Positions 16,072 through 28,596 of a stretch of 64,000 nucleotides of DNA are shown one piece after another; position 1 is the stretch's first letter; each line of letters begins with the position of its first letter. The notes beneath the pieces are model-generated. The model made no database searches and was not told where the DNA came from. It saw only the letters and a program-made list of their open reading frames with translations. A program made the position numbers and the translations under genes. The DNA is from Eledone cirrhosa (Eukaryota), in assembly GCA_964016885.1 (NCBI GenBank), contig OZ024741.1, positions 63,488,001-63,552,000 on the forward strand, written 5' to 3'.

Positions 16072-17712
16072 GGAAAAATTTGAACAGGGACAAAACAGAG
16101 AGGCAGTACAACGAATGTTTATTAATTTCACGCTCTGGAGAGTGGGGTGTTGGTGGGGGACGACGTTTCTGGCATAAGCCCTTCCTCAGGTGAGAAGTGT
16201 GTGGGAACAGAGTTCAAAGGGTGTGTAGGGGAGTGGTGGAGAGACATATAGCGAAAGGAAACGGCGCGAATGAAAAAAATAAAAATAAAAATAAAAATAA
16301 ACCATGATCAAAATACAAGGAATGAAATAAATTTAAATATAAAAGCATGATCAAAATAAACTGAAATTAAAAGGGGGGTAAAACAGGTGGTGGAAGGGTG
16401 TGGGGTGTGTAGGGGGGTGGCGGGTGGAGTGGGGAGAGGGAGACGGGGTGTCCGAGCGGGGAGGGCTGAAGGTGGTGTGTGTGTGTAGGTGTACGTGTGT
16501 GTGTGTGTGTGTGTAAGTGAAAGTAAGGGTTGGGGGAAGAACGGGGTTGCATGTTCAGGAAGGTGTGTGTGTGGGGGGGTTTGTGGGTCGGAGTGTCTGT
16601 GCGTGTGTGGACAGAGGGGTGGGGGGAGAGGAATCAGGAGGCTGAGGGTGTAAATATGTGGTGGAAAGCACGTGTGTGTGGGGTTTAAGCGTGTTGTGGG
16701 TGTAGGTGGCGTGTGGAGAAAAAATGTTTCTTGGGGTGTGTGTGTGGGTGAGTTATATAGGTGATTACGTAAGAGGATGGTTGAAAAGTTGGTAAAATCC
16801 AAAGGTGTTTAGTGGATTCTGTGGTGGTCAATTTCTACGTGCGAGTATTCCATGAAGCGATGGTCGGAAGAGGAGAGATGTGGGATGCGCGCGCAACAGG
16901 AAGTGGTCAAGCAGTGGGAGTGCTGTGTGTCTGTTTGTGCTGGGAGGTGGTCAGAGGGCATAGCAGCAGTCGGTGGAATGGGTAGGTGTGAAAGTTGGAG
17001 TGGGGAGGGTGTGTGTGTGTGTATTAGTAGAGGTGTTAGTGGGATGAGTGAGTGTGGAGCGAGGGTGTGGGTGGAGCGGGGAGAGAAGGGTGTGTGTGGT
17101 TCTATGGAGGGAGTGTGGTGTACTGGTGTGTGTAGTTTGATGAAGGGGTGTTAGTGGGTGTTAGTATACGGGAGGTGGGGAGGGGTTGAATGCAGGTGTG
17201 AGTGGGGGTTAGTGGTGGTAGGGTGTGTAGAGTTGGTGGTGTACGAGGGTGTGTGGGTACGTGTGCGTGGGGTTGGGGGGTGTTAGTGATGTTAGTTGCG
17301 TGTGGGGTGGGTGGTGTAAGTGGGTGCGTGTGTTCGTGTGCTTGGGGTTAGGGGGTGTTAGTGAGGTTAGTTGCGGGGTGGTGGGATGGAGGTGAGGGTT
17401 AGTGGTGGTAGTAGGGTGTGTGTTTAGTGTGAGCGCGTGTATATATGTGCCGGTGGGTGTGTGCGTGTGATAAGGAGGGGGAGGAGGAGAAGAAGGGAGG
17501 GATGTTAGTATGTTAGTTGGGGAAGGGTGGTCAGATGAGGGATGGAGTGGAGGTGTTAGTATTGTTAGTTGTGGGGTGGGCGGTGAAAAGGAGGGGTGTG
17601 TTAGTGGTGTAAGTGGGGGAATAAGTGTGGGGGGAGGGGGGCGGTCGAAGGCTAAAGGAATAAGGGTGGGGAGTTCAGGCCGGGGGGAGTGTGGGTCTGT
17701 AAGATGAAGATA
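16068..17712 (-). mobile_element. PLE family D 3' end: last codons plus CA-rich 3' UTR with an HHR-like core
   Basis: The minus strand ends ...PPGLNSPPLFL*, as in the 39206 copy, and the UTR is homologous to 38420-39260. CTGAGGA-agGGCttatGCCa-GAAA-cgtcg-TC lies at ~16159-16189, but stem I is not evident. Confidence 0.8.
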
Positions 17713-17736
17713 GGTATATATATATATGTGTGTGTG

Positions 17737-17955
17737 TGAAAGCGTGTGGCTGAGTGGTTAGAGAATTGGATTCGCAATCGTAAGGTTGTGAGTTCGATTC
17801 CTGGACCAGGCGATGCGTTATGTCCTTGAGCAAGACACTTTATTTCACGTTGCTCCTTCTACCTGGAGTTGCGACCGATAGATAGTATTAGCAATTGGAA
17901 AGACCAACGGAAACATTGTTCCCTCGGTCCGATTTGACGAAAATCGATCGTTCCT
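17737..17955 (+). mobile_element. tRNA-derived SINE family 2 (CORE-like)
   Basis: A box TGGCTGAGTGG, B box GAGTTCGATTCC and a CORE-like GTCCTTGAGCAAGACACTT segment. A near-identical copy lies at 26756. Confidence 0.88.
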
Positions 17956-18044
17956 TTATATATATATATATATAATCAAGGTTTAGCAAATAAGAAAAAG
18001 TTTTAAAATAAATTTTAAAAAATTCGCTGTCCTCACTATGGTTA

Positions 18045-18130
18045 CCTTTAGCGAATCGGTTTCGAGTCTCAAAAATTAATGGACAGTCCTTGCGGTCTTT
18101 CCATTTCAAAGATAAACTCTCGTCAGAAGG
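18045..18130 (-). ncRNA. Hammerhead ribozyme with long stem II and one stem III mismatch
   Basis: The minus strand reads CCTT-CTGACGA-GAGTT...GACTC-GAAA-cCGATTCGc-TA-AAGG. Confidence 0.7.
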
Positions 18131-18482
18131 GTCTTTTCACTCGGAGAATATAAAATCCCGAGTTCAAATTACGAACTGGCACTATTCAAAATTGTTCCCG
18201 ACATGAGAATAAATGATGTGGAAGCAATTCCGTCCAGTGCCGCGTGTAAAGATGGAGCAAAGGCTGGGAGGTCAGTCTACTACCACTATAACTAGCAGCA
18301 GTCAGGACGACCAAATTTTTTTTTCTCGACTAAGAAGAGAATAATAATAATAAAGTATATATCCCTACACACAAAAACCGTCTAGGGACACATGTATTGT
18401 CCAACCATATGCCAATGTGGTCCAATGGCAGGTTAATAAATTAACGAGCCAGAACATATATAATCAAGGTTTAGCCTATAAG

Positions 18483-18672
18483 TAGGAAAAAGTATGACCC
18501 GACGGCAGAGCTCAAGCCGTTTCGACAGCTATTTCTGGACGAAATAGCCGTCGAAACGGCTTGAGCTCTGCCGTCGGGGTCATACTTTTTCCTATTACCC
18601 ACTCTACTACCCTAAGAATTGAGTACTCTGGTGCGTTATGGTCCATCTGGTTACTTACCACATTTCCTTCGT
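18483..18672. mobile_element. Family A fold-back element carrying the 3' half of an HHR
   Basis: The arms are inverted about ~18538. The sense arm contains GAAA-CGGC-ttgagctct-GCCG-TC-GGGGTC and ends in (TA)n. Confidence 0.85.
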
Positions 18673-18676
18673 TATA

Positions 18677-18721
<45 letters not shown>

Positions 18722-18957
18722 GATATTAACAAATGGAAACTATATTTATAAAACCATATTTATTTCATTATAGATATTTCAAGGACACGAAGTTAAATTA
18801 TGGTGTGCTTTCATCAGATAAAATATAATATAGAGCAGTGTTATAAATAAATATTGACATACGCTTAAAGAATGCAACCATTACTGTTGGAAGCTCCCGG
18901 ATAGTATATATATATATATATATAAATATACATACACACACACACATATATATATAC

Positions 18958-19577
18958 CAAATCAACCACAGGAGGTCAAATCCTATGTAGGTATGGCGGA
19001 GGGCCGATTTAAGGAACGCTTCCTGAACCACCAGTCGACCTTTAGGTACCCGGACAGACGTTCATCCACGAAACTCGCGAGCCACGTATAGACTACTCCA
19101 TTCAATGGAAAGCCACCTCTAAGCCCAAGCCATACGCAAGGGGCAATCAGTCGTGTGGACTATGTATTGATGAACGAATAAATATTCTAAAGAGATTACG
19201 CAATAGCGATTGCCTAAACTCAAGAAATGAATTCTTCACACGTTGTCCACACGTCTGGAAACACCTCTTACATAACTACAAAGCTCAGGATTGAATTACA
19301 ACAACATTCTAATTTTCTTATCAAATAAAAACTTTCATACTTTCGCAGTTATCTCCCTTACACCTCTCGCACGCAATTTAGTATTGCGCATGAGTGTTCG
19401 TACGGTTGTCTTTCCTGTTCCGTATAACCATGTCCATTACGAGCTGAAGATCCGCTAAGATGAAACAATCGTTCTCGGTATGGTGACCTAACTGTTGTGT
19501 AAACACTTCTACCTAACTCGCCCCATGGACTGAGTGCTCTACCACTACAGATATTACCTTCCAGTGTTCTACCACTA
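18958..19577 (+). mobile_element. PLE family C 3' fragment: GIY-YIG C-terminus plus 3' UTR
   Basis: Translation gives KSYVGMAEGRFKERFLNHQSTF...STKLASHV / YSIQWK...CGLCIDE...LNSRNEFFTRCPH. It is bounded by TA tracts. Confidence 0.88.
19440..19477 (+). ncRNA. Minimal type I hammerhead in the PLE family C 3' UTR
   Basis: CGAG-CTGAAGA-tccgctaagat-GAAA-C aatc G-TT-CTCG. The paralog at ~28165-28201 has a palindromic CAATTG loop. Confidence 0.75.
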
Positions 19578-19717
19578 TATATATATATGTATGTATGTAT
19601 ATACAGTGTGGTCTACGTAGTTAGAACAGAATGTAATCTGTTAGCAAGTAATTCAGTGAGATCCAGAGATAGGTTCCGTGTTTCGATGAATCAATCCTTT
19701 AGATACAGAGTCTGATG

Positions 19718-19981
19718 TATTAGATATTAGTTTAAAAATGACATTAATAACGAGGGCAAGTTATTTTATATATTCATTTCATTGTTTTACGATTCATTGT
19801 TTCCGAAGACGATGGTATGATCGAACCTATATATTATGTCTGATAGTATACAGTTCTCTAACTACTATAGATCAATTAATATATCAATATGATCAACCTT
19901 CCGAAATGATCGTAAAACAATGAAATGAATATGTAAAATAACTTGCCTTCGTTACTATTATCATTGTTAAACTAATATCTA

Positions 19982-19984
<3 letters not shown>
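19718..19984. repeat. Fold-back inverted repeat with ~80-bp arms
   Basis: TATTAGATATTAGTTTAA...CATTGTTTTACGAT is matched by its reverse complement at ~19907-19984. Confidence 0.8.
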
Positions 19985-20051
<67 letters not shown>

Positions 20052-20207
20052 ATATATATATATATGTATTAGGATTGGTGCTCTGAAATAGCGATGTATA
20101 CATGAATGTATGTATAGAATATTTGGCAATATACCGTATGCTTAATTAAAAATATTTAGAAGACCATACGCTATCAATTTTAAAGTAGTGACTATGTCAC
20201 TTACTTC

Positions 20208-20298
20208 TTTTCGGCGAAAGAAGGGAGAGAAGCTGACAGTCTCTTTCACGCTGGTTGGCGTTCATCAGAGCCACGCACTCCCCTGCTTCCGCCGAAAA
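20208..20298 (-). ncRNA. Type I hammerhead with extended stem I in a short ORF-less insert
   Basis: The minus strand reads TTTTCGGCGGAAG..AGGGGAG..GGCT-CTGATGA-ACGCcaaccaGCGT-GAAA-gagactg-TC-AGCT.CTCTCCCT.CTTTCGCCGAAAA. Confidence 0.8.
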
Positions 20299-20388
20299 TT
20301 ATAGAAGCTGGATTCTTATAGAATTCTAGTAATAATCAGGGCTGATTATACAGAGCCATTGCCGGTCCAGCAAAAATTAGGTATTAGG

Positions 20389-20454
<66 letters not shown>

Positions 20455-20495
20455 ATGTGTGTGTATGTGTGTGTGTGTGTGTGTGTGGTGTGTGT

Positions 20496-20595
<100 letters not shown>

Positions 20596-22676
20596 CGTGT
20601 ACTGAGTTTATTAATTCATGTTATAAAGTATATTATACATTGAAACTGAATTTCTTTGCATCATAAGTCGAGTGGCATACCATCTGATCATGCCATTCAA
20701 TCATTTCACTCAACGACAATCACTTGTATGTCATTGATCTGGTTGATGTTTTTCACCTTGTCCATTCGAATCCCCCTTTGTATTCTTAATTGAAGATTTG
20801 AGTCCCTCCTGGGCTATTTCTCCCGCTAAAAGGTGTTATATACTTTCTGTAATCCATGGAAAGAAACCTGCCTGTGCAATGCCTTTATTGTAGCAAATAG
20901 CACACACAGTGAAAATAATTAAAGCCCCAAAAGATTTTATAATCCTTGTAGATACAAAAATACACACAGGAAACATAACTCACATTATATATATTCTCCG
21001 CAGCAGATGAATAAAATAGCACCAAAAACAACATGCCTACGCACATAGAAATGCAAGCTTATATAATTCTGCAAACACCAAAGGAATAGGAAGGTGCACC
21101 TGCTGATGCATTAGAAACTCGCATGGAAGTTTCGAAAAACCAATAACTACAACAATTACAACAGTGAGCAGTGGAAGGATGATGAATATGATGATGATGA
21201 TGATGATGATAATGAAAATATTGTTTTTAAAATTAGTATAAGGCTTTAAGGAAAAATAATTATGAAGAATTCGAATATAATTGGCCATTGCCTCTCCCAA
21301 AAACTGCAATGGAAAGAACAACAACGAAAACGATAAGAACGGCGACTATTACAAAAACAACAATAAGATTTTCTAAAATACAATTGAACGTCAAAAACAG
21401 ATAAGAGTGCGAAGGCTTTTTTTCCCCTATAATAAGCTATTTCGTAGAATTAATTAATCGGGAAATTATCAAATTGATGAGATTCATCTGAATTAATTAA
21501 ATACAAAAGTGGTAAAATGATAATAATAACTTCATAATTACATCCATATTTAAAGAATAAAAGTATAAGAAGAGAAGGCAAATTTTGGTTATCTAAATTT
21601 ACCATAGGAAAGATTAAAGTACAAAAACTTAATTACATATAGTAAATAGGTCACGAGTTTCTGACGTTTATTCATAAGATAAGATTCCATGTCTTTCGAT
21701 GCAGGTGTTGTTGTTCTTTAATCCTAAGTCAACCTTGTAGGGGTCTGGTGAATGTGAGTGTGTGTGTTCTCTAAAATTGTTCTATCTGCGATCGTACTGT
21801 GTTTTTATATTTACTACTGTATTGTCTAAAGCACTTTTTTTACTTTTCTTTTCAGATAATACGGTGCGATTTGAGGACGGTTTGGGCTGTCGTTTCTATG
21901 AAGTTGAGCAAACAAATAAAGACATCCTCGTTAAATAATAGAGATGGGGGAGTGGAACGATTAATGGAGAAGAAAAGAGGAAAATGAAAGAGAAGCGAGG
22001 AAAAAGGATGCAGATAGAGAAACACATAGGAGTACAGGCATAAACAGAAACTGAGACACAGATTCAGAAAGAGAGACAACAGGCAGATAGAAAATGAGAA
22101 AGGGTCAGAGAGACCGCGAGACAGAGTCGCTGTGTGTGTGGTGTGTGTGTGTGTGTCTGTCTGTCTGTGTGTGTGAGAGAGAGAGAATGTGTGTGTGTGT
22201 GTTTGATGTGGGCGTTTAGTCATACGCCAGGACTGACTGACAGATGCATGATGAAAGACGTACTCATGTGACCATCCGCCTGGGTAATATTTCCTGCGAT
22301 CTCATAGATGCTCCCTCATTTCTGATCGTAGTACCTTTTATCTGTCTGTCTGCCTGTCTGTCTGCATTTCTGTTTGTCTGTCTGCCTGTTTCTCTTCATA
22401 TACCAGATGTAGATGAAGCTGTTTAATCGATAGTTAGTTCAAAACAAGCAAATCGATTGTCAATGACATTTTTGTCTTGTCACGCCATCTTTTCGGATGT
22501 ACTTTGTGTGTGTATGTGTGAGCGCGTGTGTGTGTGGTGTATGTGTGTACGTGCATGTGATGTGGGCTTGTGATGTGTATAGTGTGTGCTGGATTTCATT
22601 ATCCAATATCATTGACCATTTTTTTTTAAACAGTAAAAACTGATTTGAGAACAATTTGGTTAGTGTTTCTAGTAGG

Positions 22677-22904
22677 TTAACCCATTAATGTTCAAACCGG
22701 CCCAAACCGGCCAGAATTCTCTACCTCTTTCTGTTGAAACTGGTTGTAACCGGTCACTCAAACTGATGTTAAGGAATTTTTCTCAAAATAAATACTTTCA
22801 AAATCTCATAGATTCGATATTATGTGAGATAATTATGCGAGGTAAAGCCTTTACCATGAAAATATAATAGTATATATAGAGTAAGGTGAATGCTAAAGGG
22901 TTAA
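22677..22904. mobile_element. piggyBac-type MITE
   Basis: TTAA|CCCATTAATGTTCA ... TGAATGCTAAAGGG|TTAA shows a TTAA TSD with imperfect CCC...GGG terminal inverted repeats. Confidence 0.7.
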
Positions 22905-23398
22905 AACACGACAATGCGAGGCTGCGGCGTCGGGGCTGGAATCCTTAAAATGCTGATTTCATTTCAGGTGACTATAGTATTACTCCCGCAACAAATATTT
23001 TGACATATGATACATACTCTAAACATTTACTAATAGCGAGTTAGTTATAAAAGCTACACCTAACATGCTGATATGTTTATGATATTAGTATTTAGTGCGT
23101 GGGTAGTAGAATGGCGGAATTGGTAGAGCGATGGATAAAATGCCATGGCAATATTTATTCTATCTCTGTATGTTCAGAGTTCATATCTCTCTGGGCTCGA
23201 TAAAAAATAAAATACCAGTCGCCAATTGCGATTAATAAAATCAACTTTGTCCTTCTCCAAAATTTGCTGGCCTGTGCCTTAATTAGAAATCAAAATTACC
23301 GGTTATTCTTAGTCGTGGCGGTGGTGTTTACCTATAGAACTACCATGACCAAGTAAATCTGTGATAAAAATCGTCAAGTCATGATTATTCCCTTTTTT

Positions 23399-23675
23399 AT
23401 TAAGGTATCACAAGGTATCACATTAACAATATATCTACCCCCAGAGCGTTCAATAACTAGGTAAGTTAATCGGGAAACTGAAGAGGGGGGGGGGATATAT
23501 ATATATTAAACAATTCAATATAAAATATATAGTCTAATAACTTTATTCAAATGCTAAATTAATCATTGATTGATTTATATATATCTTTTACTATCTTACC
23601 TTTTGTTCCAGCCATCCGGCTGAGGCAATGCTGGAGCACCGCCCTTGTATTGAGGCAATGCTGGAGCACCGCCCT

Positions 23676-23733
<58 letters not shown>

Positions 23734-23981
23734 AGGGCGGTGCTCCAGCATTGCCTCAGCCGGATGGCTGGAACAAAAGGTAAGATAGTAAAAGATATAT
23801 ATAAATCAATCAATGATTAATTTAGCATTTGAATAAAGTTATTAGACTATATATTTAATATTGAATTGTTTAATATATATATATCCCCCCCCCCCTCTTC
23901 AGTTTTCCGATTAACTTACCTAGTTATTGAACGCTCTGGGGGTAGATATATTGTTAATGTGATACCTTGTGATACCTTAAT
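23399..23981. repeat. Near-perfect inverted repeat (~250-bp arms) around a (TA)n spacer
   Basis: 23399-23680 matches 23729-23981 in reverse. The left arm has a 30-bp tandem duplication (23621-23680). A diverged single copy lies at ~27625-27920. Confidence 0.92.
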
Positions 23982-23987
23982 AATACC

Positions 23988-24363
23988 GTGTGACAGACTC
24001 AGTAAATTCTGACTAGGTCTGCAATTATTGGAAACCTGTCAAATTCTTTACTGAATCAAAACGGTATCATTCGCGTTATATCAGTCTGCTTGATATATCT
24101 CTACAGGATATTAACATTTTCATTTTCTAAATGAATTAGCAGTCGAGGTTCACAAATAGTATCACAGTCAATCAAATTTTGAAATTAGGCAAACTCTCAA
24201 ATATATTGAAGTTTTGGTGTGTAAATGAAATAATTGTTTCTACTTTTGGCACAAGGCCAGCAATTATCCAGTGCATTACTGGTACATTACTGGTGTGTAA
24301 ATGAAATAATGGTCTGATGTTGTTTATTACATAACTAAATACCTTTCCTACGTAAACACTTAA

Positions 24364-24410
<47 letters not shown>

Positions 24411-24754
24411 ACATATATTAAGTGTTTACGTAGGAAAGATAAAGGAAAGGAGAGTGCTCTATGTAGGCTACAGGGCTATTTAGTTATGTAATAAACAACA
24501 TAAGACAATTATTTCATTTACACACCAAAACTTCAATATATTTGAGAGTTTGCCTAATTTCAAAATTTGATTGACTGTGATACTATTTGTGAACCTCGAC
24601 TGCTAATTCATTTAGAAAATGAAAATGTTAATATCCTGTAGAGATATATCAAGCAGACTGATATAACGCGAATGATACCGTTTTGATTCAGTAAAGAATT
24701 TGACAGGTTTCCAATAATTGCAGACCTAGTCAGAATTTACTGAGTCTATCACAC
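23988..24754. repeat. Near-perfect inverted repeat (~250-bp arms) with nested inner repeats
   Basis: 23988-24237 matches ~24506-24754 in reverse. The right arm plus downstream sequence (~24530-25043) recurs directly at ~32470-32972. Confidence 0.9.
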
Positions 24755-26755
24755 GCAGATTCTACTTATTCCGATCATTATCAGTTATGAATATGTTGAT
24801 CCACCGTGCCCCTTACCGGCATCACTCTGAGTCACACGTAACTTGGTCATTTGATAAACACAACATCGCATCAGGTGAGGACAACCGGAGATTATTTTAT
24901 TGATATCTATCATTTTGAAGTCGGCAAATTAACAGAGTTATTAGAACGTTAGACAGATGTTTTGTGGTATTCATTATGGATATCTGCGTTCTGTGTTCAA
25001 ATTCTGTCGAGATCAACTTTGCCTTTCATTATTTCGAAGTCGATAAATAAAGTATCGGCTCAGTTCTCACTGCTCCATCTTCTTCTCTACATTTCTGGAA
25101 CATACCGACGGTGTTCAAACCAATAAAGGGAATGGGCTCCTGCAGGTGTCCAAGACACGCCATCCCTATGCTTTAACGGTGTCTCTACGATTCCAGCAGG
25201 AATTCATACTTACATTTGTGAAGAAGACGGTCGATCGAACAGGAATTTCGAGACTAAAATTCGGTAGCAGCCTAACCACGCTAGTCGATACATCGATCTT
25301 TCACTATCAATCGACCCTCTTAAACGATCGTGAAACAATGAACTAACTACCTACCTACATCTGACTTCTGCCTCTTTTCATTGTTCTCTATACATACACA
25401 GGGACAGAGAGAGAGGGAGAGAGAGAGAGAAATATATTATAAAATGTGCCTTACCTTTAAAGACGATAATGTAGTTTTGGGGAGGTTTCTGTTCTATTTT
25501 AAACATATCAATTGACGGTATAACGGTTTTCACTTGAGCTGTGTCCGGTACAGTATAGGAAGATAGTTTTACAAGAGGCCTCTTTCGTGCATTTTACCAT
25601 TAAAATGAGTGTTGCACCTAATAGAATCATTCTAACACGCTGGAGTGAGGGTGTGTGTAAACACGTTAGTTTTGTCAGCTATTAAACTTACTATATACAT
25701 ATGTGAGACCTTTCCGTATTTGTATTTAATATGCAGATCACTTCACAGAGATAACTTCTCTCAGCCATAATACTGAACGTCTAAATTATTTATTTTATCT
25801 TCGTACCTCTTACACCAAAATATTGATTTTTAACAGAGACAATAATACTGATTTGGGAATGGAGCTTGTAATTATTTAAATCAATTTCAAAACTTCACTA
25901 CTACATGCTTTATCGAACACGGAACGATAGAACCTTTGTTGATACGAACTCACAACATTATAGAATATATAATTTAATTACAGCTATAAATTTCTACTAA
26001 TACTGACAACCGCTTATTTTGTCACGCATAAACATTAAGACTATTTATTTCACAAGGCAGCGATTTGATAAGTGTTGTAAGAATTTTAATATAATGCTTC
26101 AATATAATACTTCGCTCCGAAGACAACTTTCTCATTTATTCTTTCAAGAGTAGCAGACAGTACCGAGCGAGTCGATTTTATCCCCACCCCCTCTCTCCAT
26201 ATTGTTATTTGCCCTACCCACTGAACTAATTATTATTGTTACAACATTTTACTCATCAGTGCATGTCTATTTCAGTGAAAATACACTTTCATAGCTTCTT
26301 ATTGCACAATTTAATATATAACTGAATTAACTACCAATGTAAGCACTAAAGCTATGCAAATTAATAGGGCCAGTTGTATATTTATGATATGCCTGACGGG
26401 CATATACAAATTTTGAATGTGTAATTTCAAGTATTGTGGAGCGCGTAGGCACATTTCGTGCCAAGTTGTTTATCTTGCTTTGCAATTTACAAAGAAGAAC
26501 GTAAATAAAACAGATTTACATGCTTAAATAGATAGAACATGGTTTTATATGTACGTTCATGTAAGCTTTATTTAGGAACATGTATTGTTGGTACGCAAAT
26601 GAAATTATACATAGTATAATGTCCACCTCAGTTTTACATAAACTAGCAAAAAAACCGCCCCCGTGCGGTTTTCTGCTAGCATAAGTAGTGTGCATATTGG
26701 TATTATACGCAAATATATATGCATATATGCAAATATATATGCATATATGTAATAG

Positions 26756-26975
26756 TGAAGGCGTGTGGCTGAGTGGTTAGAGAATTGGATTCGCAATCAT
26801 AAGGTTGTGAGTTCGATTCCTGGACCAGGCGATGCGTTATGTCCTTGGGCAAGACACTTTATTTCACGTTGCTCCTTCTACCTGGAGTTGCGACCGATAG
26901 ATAGTATTAGCAATTGGAAAGACCAACGGAAACATTGTTCCCTCGGTCCGATTTGACGAAAGTCGATCGACTCCT
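26756..26975 (+). mobile_element. tRNA-derived SINE family 2 (CORE-like), second copy
   Basis: Same A and B boxes and body as 17737-17955. Confidence 0.88.
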
Positions 26976-27004
26976 ATATGTAAATTGAAAAGTAAATTGA
27001 CAAT

Positions 27005-27620
27005 ATCTTCCTCTTCACCCACTTATTTCTGAGAGGGTCGTGGGGGCAGAGTCCTTCTCAAACACTCCTTCCAGCGAGTCTGTCAGTAGCAAACATCTCT
27101 AAATGATCCAGCTGGATCCCAAAGCGTAACCAGCCAGGCTCATAGATGTTATCCAACTATTTTGCTCAGGGTCTACCTTTGGGTCTCTTGCCGGTTGGTT
27201 TTGCCTGTAAAATGTGTCCAGCGATTCTTTACTGAGACATTCTAGCCACATGCTCATAATATCGGAGTTGTGATCTCTCAATTCGGAGAAGTAGCGGCTC
27301 TACCAGGAGTGACTCTCTGGTCTCTGAGTTATGCACTTTATCGAGTAACGCTAATCCAAAGACGCTTTTATTTGCAATTCTATTCTTTTGGTCATTACTC
27401 AAGATTCATGATCCTCGGTTAGAGTTCGCAGGAATACCAGGAAGACAGCGAGTTTGGCTTTTGCACCTACCCCTGCATTTGATTGCTGAGGCTGGCGCTT
27501 TACTGAATTAGCTTTTGTAATTCTTGCACTTAATTCAGTCTCCTGCATTTCATCAGTCATGAACACGGCTCCAAGATACTTGAAATTCTCTAACTGCTTC
27601 AGTAGAACTCCATTCACGTG
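27005..27620 (-). pseudogene. RTE-clade LINE 3' fragment
   Basis: Translation gives VNGVLLKQLENFKYLGAVF...ELSARITKA...HES.VMT. Homologous to 59770-60345. Confidence 0.8.
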
Positions 27621-27934
27621 TATATAAAAATCGCCAAGTCATGAGTATTCCCATTTTTATTCAGGTGTCACAAGGTATCTCATTAACAATATATCTACCC
27701 ACAGAGCGTTCAATAACTAGGTAAGTTATTTGGGAAAATGAGGAGAGAGGGAAGGAAAGGAAAATATATATATATATTAAACAATTCAATATTAAAAATA
27801 TAGTCTAATAACTTTATTCAAATGCTAAATTAATCATTGATTGATTTATATATATCTTTTACTATCTTACCTGTTGTTCCAGCCATCCGGCTGTATCAAT
27901 GCTGGGACACCGCCCTTGTGTATATATATATATA

Positions 27935-28233
27935 TAGTGATTGGCTGAACACGAGATTTGAATTTTTGACACGTCCACACGTCTCTAAACACCTATTCTA
28001 TAATCATTGTAATTTGTTTATCAACTAAAAACTTTTCGGACTTTCGCAGTTATCTCCCTTATACCTCTCGCACGCATTCTAGTATTGCCTATGTGAAGTG
28101 ACCGGGTTTCTGCGCATGCGCGTTCGTACGGTTGTCTTTCCTGTTCCTACAACCATGCCCATTACGAGCTGAGGATCCGTAAGGTAAAGCAATTGTTCTC
28201 GGTATGGTGAAATAACTGTTGTGTAACCACTTC
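27935..28233 (+). mobile_element. PLE family C 3' end, second copy, with degenerate HHR
   Basis: SDWLNTRFEFLTRPHVSKHL aligns to the ~19205-19270 region and the UTR is homologous. It is bounded by TA tracts. Confidence 0.8.
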
Positions 28234-28239
28234 TATATA

Positions 28240-28305
<66 letters not shown>

Positions 28306-28309
<4 letters not shown>

Positions 28310-28557
28310 GTTTACGTAGGAAAGGTAAAGGAACGGAGAGTGCTCTGTGTAGGCTACAGGGCTATTTAGTTATGTAATAAACAACATAAGAAAATTATTT
28401 CATTTACCAAAGGTTTCGCGAAGACAAACGAGCTCGATTTTATTTGAAGTTCAAATAAAATTCATTCTGATGAACGATTTCAGACGTCTGTGTCGAGCTC
28501 GTCTATCTTCGTGAAACCTTTGGTAAATGAAATAATCGTCTTATGCTGTTTATTACA

Positions 28558-28563
<6 letters not shown>
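28306..28563. mobile_element. Family F fold-back element between (TA)n tracts
   Basis: ~28368-28437 is the reverse complement of ~28493-28563. The left arm is also present at ~24419-24521. Confidence 0.85.
28461..28531 (+). ncRNA. Intact type I hammerhead ribozyme with extended stem II
   Basis: TTCATT-CTGATGA-ACGA..AGACG...CGTCT..TCGT-GAAA-CC ttt GG-TA-AATGAA. Confidence 0.88.

Positions 28564-28596
<33 letters not shown>

Noticed and set aside
17741-17810. tRNA-like sequence, also at ~26760
   Set aside because: It has A and B boxes but no complete cloverleaf, and it continues into a repeated SINE body.
21841-21905. Possible small plus-strand exon after TTTTCTTTTCAG
   Set aside because: It has only a weak donor and no recognisable peptide.
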